Source: Octopus vulgaris
Taxonomy: Eukaryota
Assembly: GCA_951406725.2 (NCBI GenBank)
Contig: OX597814.1
Coordinates: 206,274,001 to 206,338,000, forward strand
Reading direction: 5' to 3'
DNA: 64,000 bases
Shown: piece after piece, positions 12,001 to 23,286 of the stretch
Numbering within the stretch: the stretch's first letter is position 1
How the letters are laid out: each line of letters begins with the position of its first letter
Notes under the pieces: model-generated
The model's input: the letters and a program-made list of their open reading frames with translations, nothing else
What the model was told of the DNA's origin: nothing
Databases searched by the model: none
Made by a program: the position numbers and the translations under genes

Positions 12001-12639
12001 CGTCTTTTAGCCTTCACTGCGGTCAGACGTTTTGAATACCCTATAATTTGTTCAGGTGGTATCCAAAATGTAATTAAATTTTACCCTGATGAAGCATCAC
12101 CAGTCATTAATATCAAAATGCATACCAGGATAGAAAAAATCGACTGTTTTTCTATCCAAAATGGTTTTTCAACCTTATATTCATATATATTTATAGCCTT
12201 GTCTGTCGAGATCCACTGTTCCAAAGAAAAAGAATATAATCCTAATAAAGGATAAAAAGTTCAGGGAAATTTCAAATCGGTTGAGTACAAAATCGATCGT
12301 ATTTTCTGATTGAGATATACAATAATTATAATTTTCGACACACCATATAGACAACAATTTAAAATCCGAACACACCTGGCCTAAAGAAAAGTTAGTATAA
12401 ACAGCATAATTCTCGGGAAAACTTAATAATATTGAACTGACGTAAGTATGTGCGCCAAATTTATTGATTGTTTGAAGAGATCTCTTGTAGCTGAAGGTGA
12501 GGTGTTTTACTTTTCCGAAGCTCAATATTGTGACTGAAGTTGCTTTGCTTACAGTTACACTTGGCGAGTTCGGCTTCGCTTAAACGGATTTCTGAAACGT
12601 GAGATAAAATCGTAGATTGATTGGTAACATTTTTTGTTT

Positions 12640-13260
12640 TGAATCTTTTCGTACATCTACGCTGCTGTTTGTTTGAGGAAATCGTTTCATCGTTGCCAAG
12701 CGGTTATTTACCAACCTGAAAACTTCCTATGAACATTCTATGCTTTGCTTCTCTGATGAGGAAATCTTCGACTAAGACCAAAAGTCTAACTGGAAATATA
12801 ATAAGCAGCTATGTGCAAATCCTTTTGCTGTCTTCTGAAAGATGCACCGTAAGTTCCCGGCAACTGTGATGGTTTTATGAAAGGCATATAACGAAGTTCA
12901 TGTCATGCCACTTCGCATCTTTCCACAGGGACTTGCAATTAATGTTGTTGGATATGTTGAAGTGCTGGAGACAGTTATCAAAACCTGGATGGGAGAAATT
13001 CGCAATGGAAGGCCATACGTATTTCGATAAGACTCAGCACCTTCTGAAAAAGCTCACGTAACACTAAAAGGGCTGTCAGACGACTGTTATGAACATATAT
13101 TAACAAGCTTTTAGCTCCAAATTTCGTCAGATTTAAATTCTATGGACTGTTACGGATGAAGTGTTATCCAAAGGAGACATTCTCACAGTACCATAGATTC
13201 ATTGAAGACTACCGATGTGTAAACGATGTCTGCAGTGAACAAAGACGGCTAAAATAGATT
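12640..13260 (+). pseudogene. Tc1/mariner-family transposase relic, catalytic region (copy ~35120-35745)
   Basis: Degenerate FSDEEIF, KFPATVMV, VFR*DSAPS and PNSSDLNSMD motifs. Confidence 0.75.
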
Positions 13261-13368
13261 TGCTTTCTCTTAGTTCAGGGTTGTTTTATCAGATTACAAA
13301 ATATGTTCCCAAATACCTCTTGCACCATCTCTCTTTGAATACAATCATATTTGATTTATTATTATTAC

Positions 13369-13401
<33 letters not shown>

Positions 13402-13435
13402 TTTTATTATTAAGGCTATATAGGACCGAGGTAAC

Positions 13436-15256
13436 TCAACCAGTTTCACATGATATGGCACTCTTCTGTTTATTCCTCTATAACTTCTGGATGAGTTACC
13501 TCGGTCCCATAGAGTCTTAACAAAAAGTGGATTAGACTGACGTGGAAGGCACGCTAGATGCCGGAATATCGTTCAACCAGTTTCACATGATATGGCACTC
13601 TTCTGTTTATTCCTCTATAACTTCTGGATGAGTTACCTCGGTCCCATAGAGTCTTAACAAAAAGTGGATTAGACTGACGTGGAAGGCACGCTAGATGCCG
13701 GAATATCGTTCAACCAGTTTCACATGATATGGCACTCTTCTATTTATTCCTCTATAACTTCTGGATGAGTTACCTCGGTCCCATAGAGTCTTAACAAAAA
13801 AGTGGATTAGACTGACGTGGAAGGCACGCTAGATGCCGGAATATCGTTCAACCAGTTTCACATGATATGGCACTCTTCTATTTATTCCTCTATAACTTCT
13901 GGATGAGTTACCTCGGTCCCATAGAGTCTTAACAAAAAGTGGATTAGACTGACGTGGAAGGCACGCTAGATGCCGGAATATCGTTCAACCAGTTTCACAT
14001 GATATGGCACTCTTCTGTTTATTCCTCTATAACTTCTGGATGAGTTACCTCGGTCCCATAGAGTCTTAACAAAAAGTGGATTAGACTGACGTGGAAGGCA
14101 CGCTAGATGCCGGAATATCGTTCAACCAGTTTCACATGATATGGCACTCTTCTATTTATTCCTCTATAACTTCTGGATGAGTTACCTCGGTCCCATAGAG
14201 TCTTAACAAAAAGTGGATTAGACTGACGTGGAAGGCACGCTAGATGCCGGAATATCGTTCAACCAGTTTCACATGATATGGCACTCTTCTATTTATTCCT
14301 CTATAACTTCTGGATGAGTTACCTCGGTCCCATAGAGTCTTAACAAAAAGTGGATTAGACTGACATGGAAGGCACGCTAGATGCCGGAATATCGTTCAAC
14401 CAGTTTCACATGATATGGCACTCTTCTGTTTATTCCTCTATAACTTCTGGATGAGTTACCTCGGTCCCATAGAGTCTTAACAAAAAGTGGATTAGACTGA
14501 CGTGGAAGGCACGCTAGATGCCGGAATATCGTTCAACCAGTTTCACATGATATGGCACTCTTCTATTTATTCCTCTATAACTTCTGGATGAGTTACCTCG
14601 GTCCCATAGAGTCTTAACAAAAAGTGGATTAGACTGACGTGGAAGGCACGCTAGATGCCGGAATATCGTTCAACCAGTTTCACATGATATGGCACTCTTC
14701 TATTTATTCCTCTATAACTTCTGGATGAGTTACCTCGGTCCCATAGAGTCTTAACAAAAAGTGGATTAGACTGACATGGAAGGCACGCTAGATGCCGGAA
14801 TATCGTTCAACCAGTTTCACATGATATGGCACTCTTCTGTTTATTTCTCTATAACTTCTGGATGAGTTACCTCGGTCCCATAGAGTCTTAACAAAAAGTG
14901 GATTAGACTGACGTGGAAGGCACGCTAGATGCCGGAATATCGTTCAACCAATTTCACATGATATGGCACTCTTCTGTTTATTTCTCTATAACTTCTGGAT
15001 GAGTTACCTCGGTCCCATAGAGTCTTAACAAAAAGTGGATTAGACTGACGTGGAAGGCACGCTAGATGCCGGAATATCGTTCAACCAATTTCACATGATA
15101 TGGCACTCTTCTGTTTATTTCTCTATAACTTCTGGATGAGTTACCTCGGTCCCATAGAGTCTTAACAAAAAGTGGATTAGACTGACATGGAAGGCACGCT
15201 AGATGCCGGAATATCGTTCAACCAGTTTCACATGATATGGCACTCTTCTGTTTATT
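13436..15256. repeat. 137-bp minisatellite, 13 full units plus a partial unit
   Basis: Unit tcaaccagtttcacatgatatggcactc...gccggaatatcgt; cagttt recurs at 13441, 13578, 13715...14401. Confidence 0.98.
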
Positions 15257-16400
15257 GAGTGTTGTGTGCAACGAATAATACTACCTATGAGTCGGGCAGC
15301 AATTACGCTACAACATCCGAAAACGAGATGCCTAGGATATAAAACCACCGCATACAAAAAGGGTTCCTCCCGACGAATGAATGAGTTGGAAGACCCTTTC
15401 GAGTCTCTGCTGTCTTTGTGAAGAGCCCCGATTCCTGCTTACCGCGATCCCTTCTGATGTATGTGGCACCCGGAGCAGCCCTTCAATTTGCAGTCCCCGG
15501 AATCCCACAAAAGATATATCGATTGTTGCATTTAACTGTGCGTAGTGTCCATCTCCCGACATGAAAACCACTATTATTTGATTTCAATACAGCCTGTACT
15601 TGGCTTATAGCCTACAGCATACCCCCATAAAAATGCCGCCTGGGACGGACCTCGCCCTCCGCCCCGTTCTAGCTGATTTAGTGCTCTTCTTCAATGTCTG
15701 CCAATACAGCCGTTACTATTAATCAAATGTTTATTTCTGACATCACGTCTGCCGCTCTTACCTTCACATAGCATCGGCAACAACATGAAGATTTTAGGAT
15801 TAATTCCTCACTTTTGAGAGAGTTTCTTGCTTCGATGTATGTAGAAACTCTGACATAGACCGTACTGCATTGTCTGCCACGAGTGCTAAAGTACTTTGAC
15901 TCTGAACAAATTTCAGGCACGTTTCGACATGGACTGGAATTGGTTTTTCCCTCACCTTCTTTTTTGCTTTGTGCAACTGTAGGTTACCACGCATCTACTA
16001 TGTTCTGTAGGCTCTGCTTTGGTTACCATTTTCTTCAACTGTGATAGCCATTACATTTTTAAATCAATCTTTGCTGATATCTTCACTGCAGTGAAAAATA
16101 GGCTCAGTTTTTGTGCTTACCCTGACCTATTGGTCTGTATACTAACGGATTGACCTGCTACAAAAGTCATAATGGCGATGAGGATATCATTGTTTGATGG
16201 TGCAAAAATGGATCTTACGTTGACGAGATAGTGTTTGTGGTGCTGGTAGTGATGGTGGCTTCTTTGTTTTGTGAGAAATTGTCAGCTTGCAACAGGAGTG
16301 GCTATTCCTTGACGTCAGGTTTTCTTGTAACTCATGATGTTTGCGGTGGCTTTGCTTGAATGTTGTGGCTGTGGTTATCACTGTTTCTACCTTCTCCTGT
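15257..16400 (-). pseudogene. Possible highly degenerate R4-like LINE fragment leading into the minisatellite
   Basis: Minus-strand peptides QAVLKSNNSGFH, RYIFCGIP and ETRKGLPTH loosely match the post-RT region of R4/Dong ORFs; weak. Confidence 0.3.
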
Positions 16401-16565
16401 AGTTTTTACATCCGGTTTAAAATAAATCTTCCTCATTTCGAATACACAAAAATGTAACTAAAATGGTTCTTCCTTATTACTTTCAGTTTTATAATGAATA
16501 TTTTCGGTTTGAAATATCTATGGAGTAATGAACCTAAAACGAATCTTCATTAATTTATGTATTCT

Positions 16566-16583
16566 ATTTTCTTTTGATTACAG
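16566..16583 (+). promoter_or_regulatory. Putative 3' splice acceptor before the coding exon (copy 40828-40845)
   Basis: Polypyrimidine tract ttttcttttgattacAG, 10 nt upstream of the ATG. Confidence 0.55.
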
Positions 16584-16593
16584 ATAACGAAAT

Positions 16594-18789
16594 ATGGCTG
16601 CCATGCATACGACAACAACAGCAGCCAGTTCTCTTATGGTTTCAATCATTCTTATTATCACACTAACTGCACTAAACATCGAAGCGAAGGAGCACGTCTA
16701 TGATTGCGAAATGAAAATCCCTCCCAATGTAACGAATATTTTATCTCGTTTAGTAAAATTGGGAAAAAAAGTTTTCCATTTTGAAGTCCATCTATCAAAC
16801 AAGACACTTGATGACCTTCTTAATCCTGTACCATTGGATTACTTTGCAAACGCGCGGCATTTTACCTGGATTCCAGATAAACCAGACGGTTTAATAGCAT
16901 ATAAAAATTTCTACTATGATTTCTCAGCTTACTCTTTGAATTTGTTAAATGTCTACATTGCTAATCCAAGAATTGATATCGATATAAATTGTACAAAACA
17001 AAATATTCAAAGACGCGATATAATATATTTGATATTCGAAGAATTGAAAAGATTCGTATTTATACATAAATTGAAAATGGGAAAATCTGGATACATGTGT
17101 TTTTTTATAAATTTATCTCAAGACATCAAGAAAAACAATCCTTTCTCATTTGAAGCTTACAGAAGAATTGGTATAAATCGGGAGATAGTGAAGAAATATT
17201 GCTGCGAACTCCATAAAAATGAAAGCCATGTTTATCATCCAAAATCCATTTGTGCTGGAAATAATATTAACCTCAGTATGTTTATAAATTCTGAAAAAAT
17301 CGTCGCAGCGGTTTTATGCGCATATTTTCCATTGTTTATCAATTTTGTATCAAAAGCTAAATTACCTTCATTTTCCCATCAAAACACATTGCCATACAAA
17401 TTAGAATGGATCAACGAAAACCATAATACTTACAATTTCACTGATATTCTGTCTTGGTTATTTTGCTTTCACCATTCCACATTCTTTGCCTCAAGACTAA
17501 GAAGATTCTTATTTATTCTATTTCCTCTTTCAATAATTTTCCTGGATCTTTTGATGCATTACTTCTTTTTATATGAAACAACAAAAATATTTTTCCAAGA
17601 TGGTATACCATTGGCTCAACACGCTTTAATATTAGGAATCCCAGAAAGTTATGAGAATACTGATGGCTTTTTTGGTGGTCCTTTTGTGTGGTTTATCTGT
17701 TACGTATCTTTCAACTTTATCCTCTTCGTTCTTCCCAGTCGTTTAAGTGAGACTATCGCTTATAATACTTTACATCAAAGATCCACTTGCACGTTTCTCA
17801 TTCAAAATAAGAGATTATTAGAGAAGTATGGCAATTTAAATGTTTCTACTCTACAGGATTATGATCTACTCTATGCAATAATGAAAGCTAATATTTCTAC
17901 TGCTTTAAACCCAAATTTCTGGTATTTAATAATTCATACTTGGATTAATCGTATAAAGAAAATTTGGTTATATTTCTACGGAAGAAATATTTTCTGGAAA
18001 TTCATTACACTTTGGCTCTTTCTTTCCATTACAATTTTATTTTCTGCATTTTCTATGTGTGAATTATTTCTGTGCATCGTGTATTATGGAATCCCCTTTG
18101 TTTATTTGATTCCGACTTTACCATTAAGTTATTCTAGAGTTTATATTTTCCCTCTCTATGAAAATCCAAATTATATTTTTAAGATTGTTGCTGTAGTTCT
18201 AACTTTTCTATCCTTTCCGTTTTGTATATTATGGGAACTTATTTCAATCTACATTATTGTTGTAACTTTGATAGTTCTATGCTGCTATATATTTAATATA
18301 GCTATCTCCGTACTTGCTAAACCTGATAATGTTGGTGACGTATGGTTTGCTGCCATGTTTTTCGTGTATGGCGTTACAATTGTGAACGCCATCATGAAGC
18401 AGTATCAATCGGTAATATTTAATTCTGTAAAGCTCACGAAAATTTTTCGTCCAAATTTAGTTCAGACAAAATATGGAGAGGAATTCATAAATGCCAATTT
18501 GTTTAAGACAATTGTTAACCATCATTTTCCATTGAGATTCGAGATTGGTAAATCCATTGTAAAACTGTTTCTAATCGTATCTTTTTTCTTTGCTTGCAAC
18601 AATATAATAAGTCGAGAAGACTTGGACTTATCAACGTTCGAAAAGATTTCTTTGATATTAATGACGTCTTTGATACCGAATCTTTTGTCGATAATGAACA
18701 CTAGATTTGTTCTTGATATAACCCTGTCAGATAAAATCGTTGAAACAATCAAATCATACGAAGAAGAGAATGAATCTCATCTCTTTTAA
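16594..18789 (+). CDS. Uncharacterised 731-aa multi-pass membrane protein with signal peptide and Cys-containing ectodomain, paralog A
   Basis: 2.2-kb uninterrupted ORF in AT-rich DNA with no TE motifs. Hydrophobic leader (aa ~10-31), six Cys (38,133,169,203,204,220), sequons NVT/NKT/NCT/NLS/NES, ~9-11 hydrophobic segments. Confidence 0.9.
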   Translation: MAAMHTTTTAASSLMVSIILIITLTALNIEAKEHVYDCEMKIPPNVTNILSRLVKLGKKVFHFEVHLSNKTLDDLLNPVPLDYFANARHFTWIPDKPDGLIAYKNFYYDFSAYSLNLLNVYIANPRIDIDINCTKQNIQRRDIIYLIFEELKRFVFIHKLKMGKSGYMCFFINLSQDIKKNNPFSFEAYRRIGINREIVKKYCCELHKNESHVYHPKSICAGNNINLSMFINSEKIVAAVLCAYFPLFINFVSKAKLPSFSHQNTLPYKLEWINENHNTYNFTDILSWLFCFHHSTFFASRLRRFLFILFPLSIIFLDLLMHYFFLYETTKIFFQDGIPLAQHALILGIPESYENTDGFFGGPFVWFICYVSFNFILFVLPSRLSETIAYNTLHQRSTCTFLIQNKRLLEKYGNLNVSTLQDYDLLYAIMKANISTALNPNFWYLIIHTWINRIKKIWLYFYGRNIFWKFITLWLFLSITILFSAFSMCELFLCIVYYGIPFVYLIPTLPLSYSRVYIFPLYENPNYIFKIVAVVLTFLSFPFCILWELISIYIIVVTLIVLCCYIFNIAISVLAKPDNVGDVWFAAMFFVYGVTIVNAIMKQYQSVIFNSVKLTKIFRPNLVQTKYGEEFINANLFKTIVNHHFPLRFEIGKSIVKLFLIVSFFFACNNIISREDLDLSTFEKISLILMTSLIPNLLSIMNTRFVLDITLSDKIVETIKSYEEENESHLF

Positions 18790-18964
18790 TCAACAAAATA
18801 ATATTAAAAAATATATTATTCGTAGATTTATATGTTATCTGCAAGTATACCCTGCATATTGTACCATAGGCTATACATTCACAGGAAGGCGCAGCTAGTT
18901 TATATATGCGTATACCCATACATATATTCATATGTTCATATTTCCATGCATGCGTCAAATTCAT

Positions 18965-19368
18965 ATACAGAGTACGATGGGTAAATTGTCGCCATTTAAT
19001 CACTTAAATTTTGCGCATGCGCATTGTTTTGGGGGATTTTGTCGACTACACAATATAGTAGGGTCAGTTGGGCACCATGACACAATTCACTCTGTCAGAA
19101 ATTTAGAAACGACATGCTGTACTGCTTGGCATTAACGCCTGAATCTCCACTACAAAGATTTTAGTGTGAATCTGAGGACAGTGCAGAGGATTGGGAAGGA
19201 GTTGGATGAGTCTAATGGTGATTGCGAAGGTACGACAGCTCGGAATCTACACTCTGATCATTTTGATGAGAACAAAAAGACATCCTGAAGTTGTTGATGA
19301 GATCCAGGATATAATTGACAACGATCCTTCTCAGTTAATCAGGCCCATTGTCAGGGACTTGGAAGTTT
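18965..19368 (+). mobile_element. Mariner-like element 5' end with HTH-coding remnant (copy ~43226-43630)
   Basis: tacagagtacgatgggtaaattgtcgcc TIR-like start; VNLRTVQRIGKELDES...EIQDIIDNDPSQLIRPIVRD. Confidence 0.6.
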
Positions 19369-19399
19369 CTATGGAACCTCACCGCATACCTTATAGCAT

Positions 19400-20563
19400 A
19401 CCTTTGGAACTTCACCGTTCAAACTGACAGAAAGATAGATGCGAATAGGCCAGACATTATATTGGAGGATTTCAGACAAAAATCATGCCTCCCCATTGAT
19501 ATGATTTTCCTTATCGGCATAAATGTATGTGTCAAGACTTACCAAACACTGGGCAAGTATAAAGATCTTGAAATAGAAATTGGCAAAACGTGGAACCTCA
19601 AGACTAAAACAATATCTTTGTGATCGGTGCCTAGGAATAACAGCAAAAGGGGCTGATTGCGACCCATCTTAGATAGAAATAATAAAAAAAATGTAAGAAT
19701 TTCTGAAAATAGTGCTCATAGGAACAATTCATATGCTACGTAAAATATTGTCTATGTAATTCCCCAAAACATTTTAATTCGTAAACAGTGTGAAAATACT
19801 TCTAAATGTACATAACAGCAAACACCTTTTACTGTCACCTTAACATCAGAATATCACCTTATGATCAAATTTCTTTGAAAATAAACTTCTAATTTACTTA
19901 TATTTTGACAGACATTCTCTAAAACAATACAAAAGGATCTTTCTCGTAAAACGAAAACTCGTAAAACAGAGCAATAATTTCCCATTAGTAGTAATGTTAT
20001 AAATCGTAATTCGTTCCCAGAACAAAATATTTTACTTATAAAATTTATAAAACTCGTAAATAAATGACAATAAAACAACAGTAACATGTAAAGAATATTT
20101 TATGTAAAGTACAAACATGTCAAGATCATTTATAATAAAAAATATTATTATAATCGTTGTCTGAATTACTTTCACTCGTACTAGACTCGTGCACACCTTC
20201 TCACTTGTAGGCGCAATCGTGATTCATAAGCACTCGTCGACGGACTTGTAGATTTCTTTTTAAAAACAAGTCGAGAATTGTTTGCTTTGTAGATGCTTTC
20301 TTTTGCTGCCTATAAATTTCAGGGCAACGTACAGAAGCATTTGTTATGGAAGTAGAAACTTTCGCAATTCGTTGAAAATTTGGATCTTGTGCTTGAAATA
20401 TAAAACTCGTAAAGCGGGTCCCTGTAAAGGGAGGTATTACTACATTCAGTGCATAATCCAAAATATGGCATGTTGGTCATAATACCAAGTTGAACTTCAA
20501 ATTGAGGTCTGTGGGTGAGACTTGGAGTCAACTTGTACAAATACAAAGCAAACGCCAAACATA
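19400..20563 (+). mobile_element. R4/Dong family-B 3' fragment (RLE) with a ~650-bp insertion in its 3' UTR
   Basis: LWNFTVQTDRKIDANRPDII...KYKDLEIEI. 20455-20563 matches the 3' UTR end of the copy at 51355-51455. Confidence 0.8.
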
Positions 20564-20599
20564 TAATAGTAATAATAACAAGAGTAGTGATGATAATGA

Positions 20600-23286
20600 T
20601 AACATTGAAGGAAGTGATTGGAATCTTCCCATGTCTTGATTGATGATACATGTAGTGATAGTGTCTCAACAAACACTCTGGTAATTGCGCAACATGATAA
20701 TCACTACCTTACATGAGTGACAATGAAAAAATGGACCAGCACACACGACGTAGATGGAACTAACAAGTCAATGCTGTGGTCATGGAGTGTTACTACCTGA
20801 GCAACTCTGTAGAGGAAAATGGTGTTCATATTAGGAGGATAACGACAACGTATGGTGAATGGAGAGAAAGAGGATTGTTTCAACTCAAGGAACAGAGTTT
20901 ATGTAATCAAGCTAGAGCAATAAGTAGAAATTGTTGATTCGCAGAGATAGAGCTCGAAGCTATCGAAAGACCGGTTTTGGAAAACAGCAGCAGAGCAAAC
21001 GATGAAAATACAGTTCCTACTGATAAAAGTAATCCCATAGCAGAAGAAATGGTGCGAAATCTCTAATAAACCACAAGAAAGCAACAATGATAGCGTGCTC
21101 GATAAGAGACATATAGATGGCTTGGAAGGAGACAATAAAACTAATGGTGATATGACATCAGAATAAAAAAAAACTCACAGAAACAAATAATTTGATCAGG
21201 GCAGCGAATATTGTTGTAGGAGAAAATGTGGGTGTTGATGACACGAAAAATAAATACAATGGGAGTGAGAAAAGAAAAGATCCATGGTGGAAAAGAAGAA
21301 TACAGGTGGGGTTAGATATGCTCTGGAAGGACATTTCCGACTTTGACCAAAAAGAGAAGGGGAGAGTTTAAAAGCGAACAGAAATAGAGGGCACTGAACA
21401 GGAAATATAATATTGAAAGAAAGGGCCTGTGAGTGGTCATGGAGGAACTGAAACAGCGCATCGTTGCAAAGAAAGCAAAGATGGGAAGATACGACCAAAG
21501 AGTGGAAAGATACCAGCGGAATAGGTTATTCAGAGTAGATCAAAAGAGATTCTACAAAGAAATAAATGGTGAGTGTACAAATGAAAAGTTAGTACCAGAT
21601 AACATTGAAAGTGAAAGGTTTTGGAGTGACATCTGGTGCAAAGACAAGGAACACAAGAAGGATGCTGAACGGTTGCAATAACTGAATCAACAGTAGTCTG
21701 TCCAAAACAGGCAGAACAAAGGCATTTCATTTAAGGAAGTGAAAGAATCAGAAACAAAATGGGCAAATTGAAGGCCCCGGGACTAGATCGAGTTGAAGGC
21801 TACTGGATTAAAAGATTTGGTGTATGTCATGCCCGAATAGCTGCACAACTCAACTCCTTATTAAATACCGACAAAGTAACACTACACTGGCTGACATTGG
21901 GTAGGACAGTGCTGTGCTTGAAATCATCGAAAAAGGCAATACGGTAAACAATTACAGGCCGATATCCTGCTAACCACTTACGTGGGAATTATTGACTGGA
22001 TTACTCGCAGAATCAGTGTACGGACATCTCGTACCAAGGATCAACTTCTGATAAACAAAACTGTACTTAGGGACTATAAGTGGAAGAAGAGTAACTTAGC
22101 CATGTCATGGATCAATTATCGTAAGGCGTACTACATGGTCCTACATTCTTGGATTATAGAATGTATGAACCTACTTGGTATTCCATCGAATGTTGAGCGA
22201 TTGCTTGGAAAAATAGGGCGAAGTGGAGGACGGAACTGACAGCATATGGAAGAAGTTTAAGGACAATAGAAATCAGGTGAGGCATCTTCCAAGGGGACTA
22301 CCTGTCCCCACTGATCTTTGTAATGTGCATGATACAACTAACACTGATTGTGAGGAAAGCAAAGGCTGGGTATGTATTCAAAAGCCGCCAAAAGAAGTCA
22401 ACCATTTGTTATTCATGGATGACGTCAAATTTTATGGTAAAGATGAAGCCTAAGTCAGTTCCCTCGTTGGTACGGTATATACCGTCAGTGCTGATATCAA
22501 AATGAAGTTTGGATTTAGAATGTGTGGTGTGTTAGACTTGAGTAGAGGCAAAATCATATGTATGGATGGGCAATCGATACCGTCGGGGGAGGTTATGAAG
22601 CAGATAGAAGAGACGTGCTATAAGTACTTGAGGATATTGGAAATGGATAAAATGATGGAGAAGGAAATGAGAGTAAAATTTAAGGAGAAGTACTTGTGCA
22701 GACTGAGTCTGATCCTTAATTCGAATTCAAACGCAAGGAATAAGATTGAATCTATCAATACCTGGGCGGTTTCACTCCTCAGATATGGAGTAGGAGTAAT
22801 CGCATGGGCAGTAGACAAACTAAATAGCTTATGAAGAAAAACAAGGACGTTGCTAACTAGATAGGGGTTACTCAACCCAAAAAGTGACACAGACAGATTG
22901 TATGTACCAAGAAAATGTGGGAGAAGAGGACTGATTGGATGCGAACACAGCATTAGAGCAGAAGTAAGCAACATAATATGGTGTGTAAAAGATGCCACAG
23001 AACCGCTTTAATTGAAATTAAGAAGGTCAGGCTTGTGTAAGATGGAAGATTGCAAAAATGGAGCCCTGTCCAAGGATTTGAGAATGAATGCGACTGAAAA
23101 TAGGTGGATAAAGAAAATAATGCATGCACAATTTGATAGGGATATTTGAAAATAGGGCAGAGAGAGACAAAAGATTACTAAGGATGACAGAATGTGATTT
23201 AAGACCTGAAACGGAGGCTCTAATCTGCGCTTCCCAAGTGTAAGCATTAAAAACGAATTACATGAAATACAGAATAGACAACACAT
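20600..23286 (+). pseudogene. Degenerate R4/Dong-clade LINE (N-terminal region + RT, RLE missing)
   Basis: LKQRIVAK..RY..NRLF..DQKRFYKE, KAPGLDRVEGYWIK, KDQLLINK, WINYRKAY, HLLFMDDVKFYG; many stops and frameshifts. Confidence 0.88.

Larger units (their letters stand above)
1..20590. repeat. Segmental tandem duplication, copy A (starts before the window)
   Basis: Position 1 matches 22489. The ORF track repeats at offset ~22.47-22.49 kb, then 24.26 kb after the minisatellite. Homology ends at 'caaacatataat' (~20557 vs ~45839). Confidence 0.95.

Noticed and set aside
12750-12770. CTGATGAG as a hammerhead core
   Set aside because: It encodes the FSDE catalytic motif of the mariner transposase relic.
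13536-13582. Hammerhead in each 137-bp unit (ctgacgtggaa-ggca..tgcc-ggaatatc)
   Set aside because: A stem-II-like hairpin exists, but neither CUGANGA nor GAAA is present and stem I pairs poorly; too degenerate to call.
13436-15256. CRISPR-like array
   Set aside because: Units are contiguous and near-identical with no unique spacers; no cas genes; eukaryotic context.
16594-18789. Assignment as GPCR, chemotactile (Cys-loop) receptor or protocadherin
   Set aside because: No diagnostic motifs, and the number of hydrophobic segments does not fit 7TM, 4TM or single-pass architectures.
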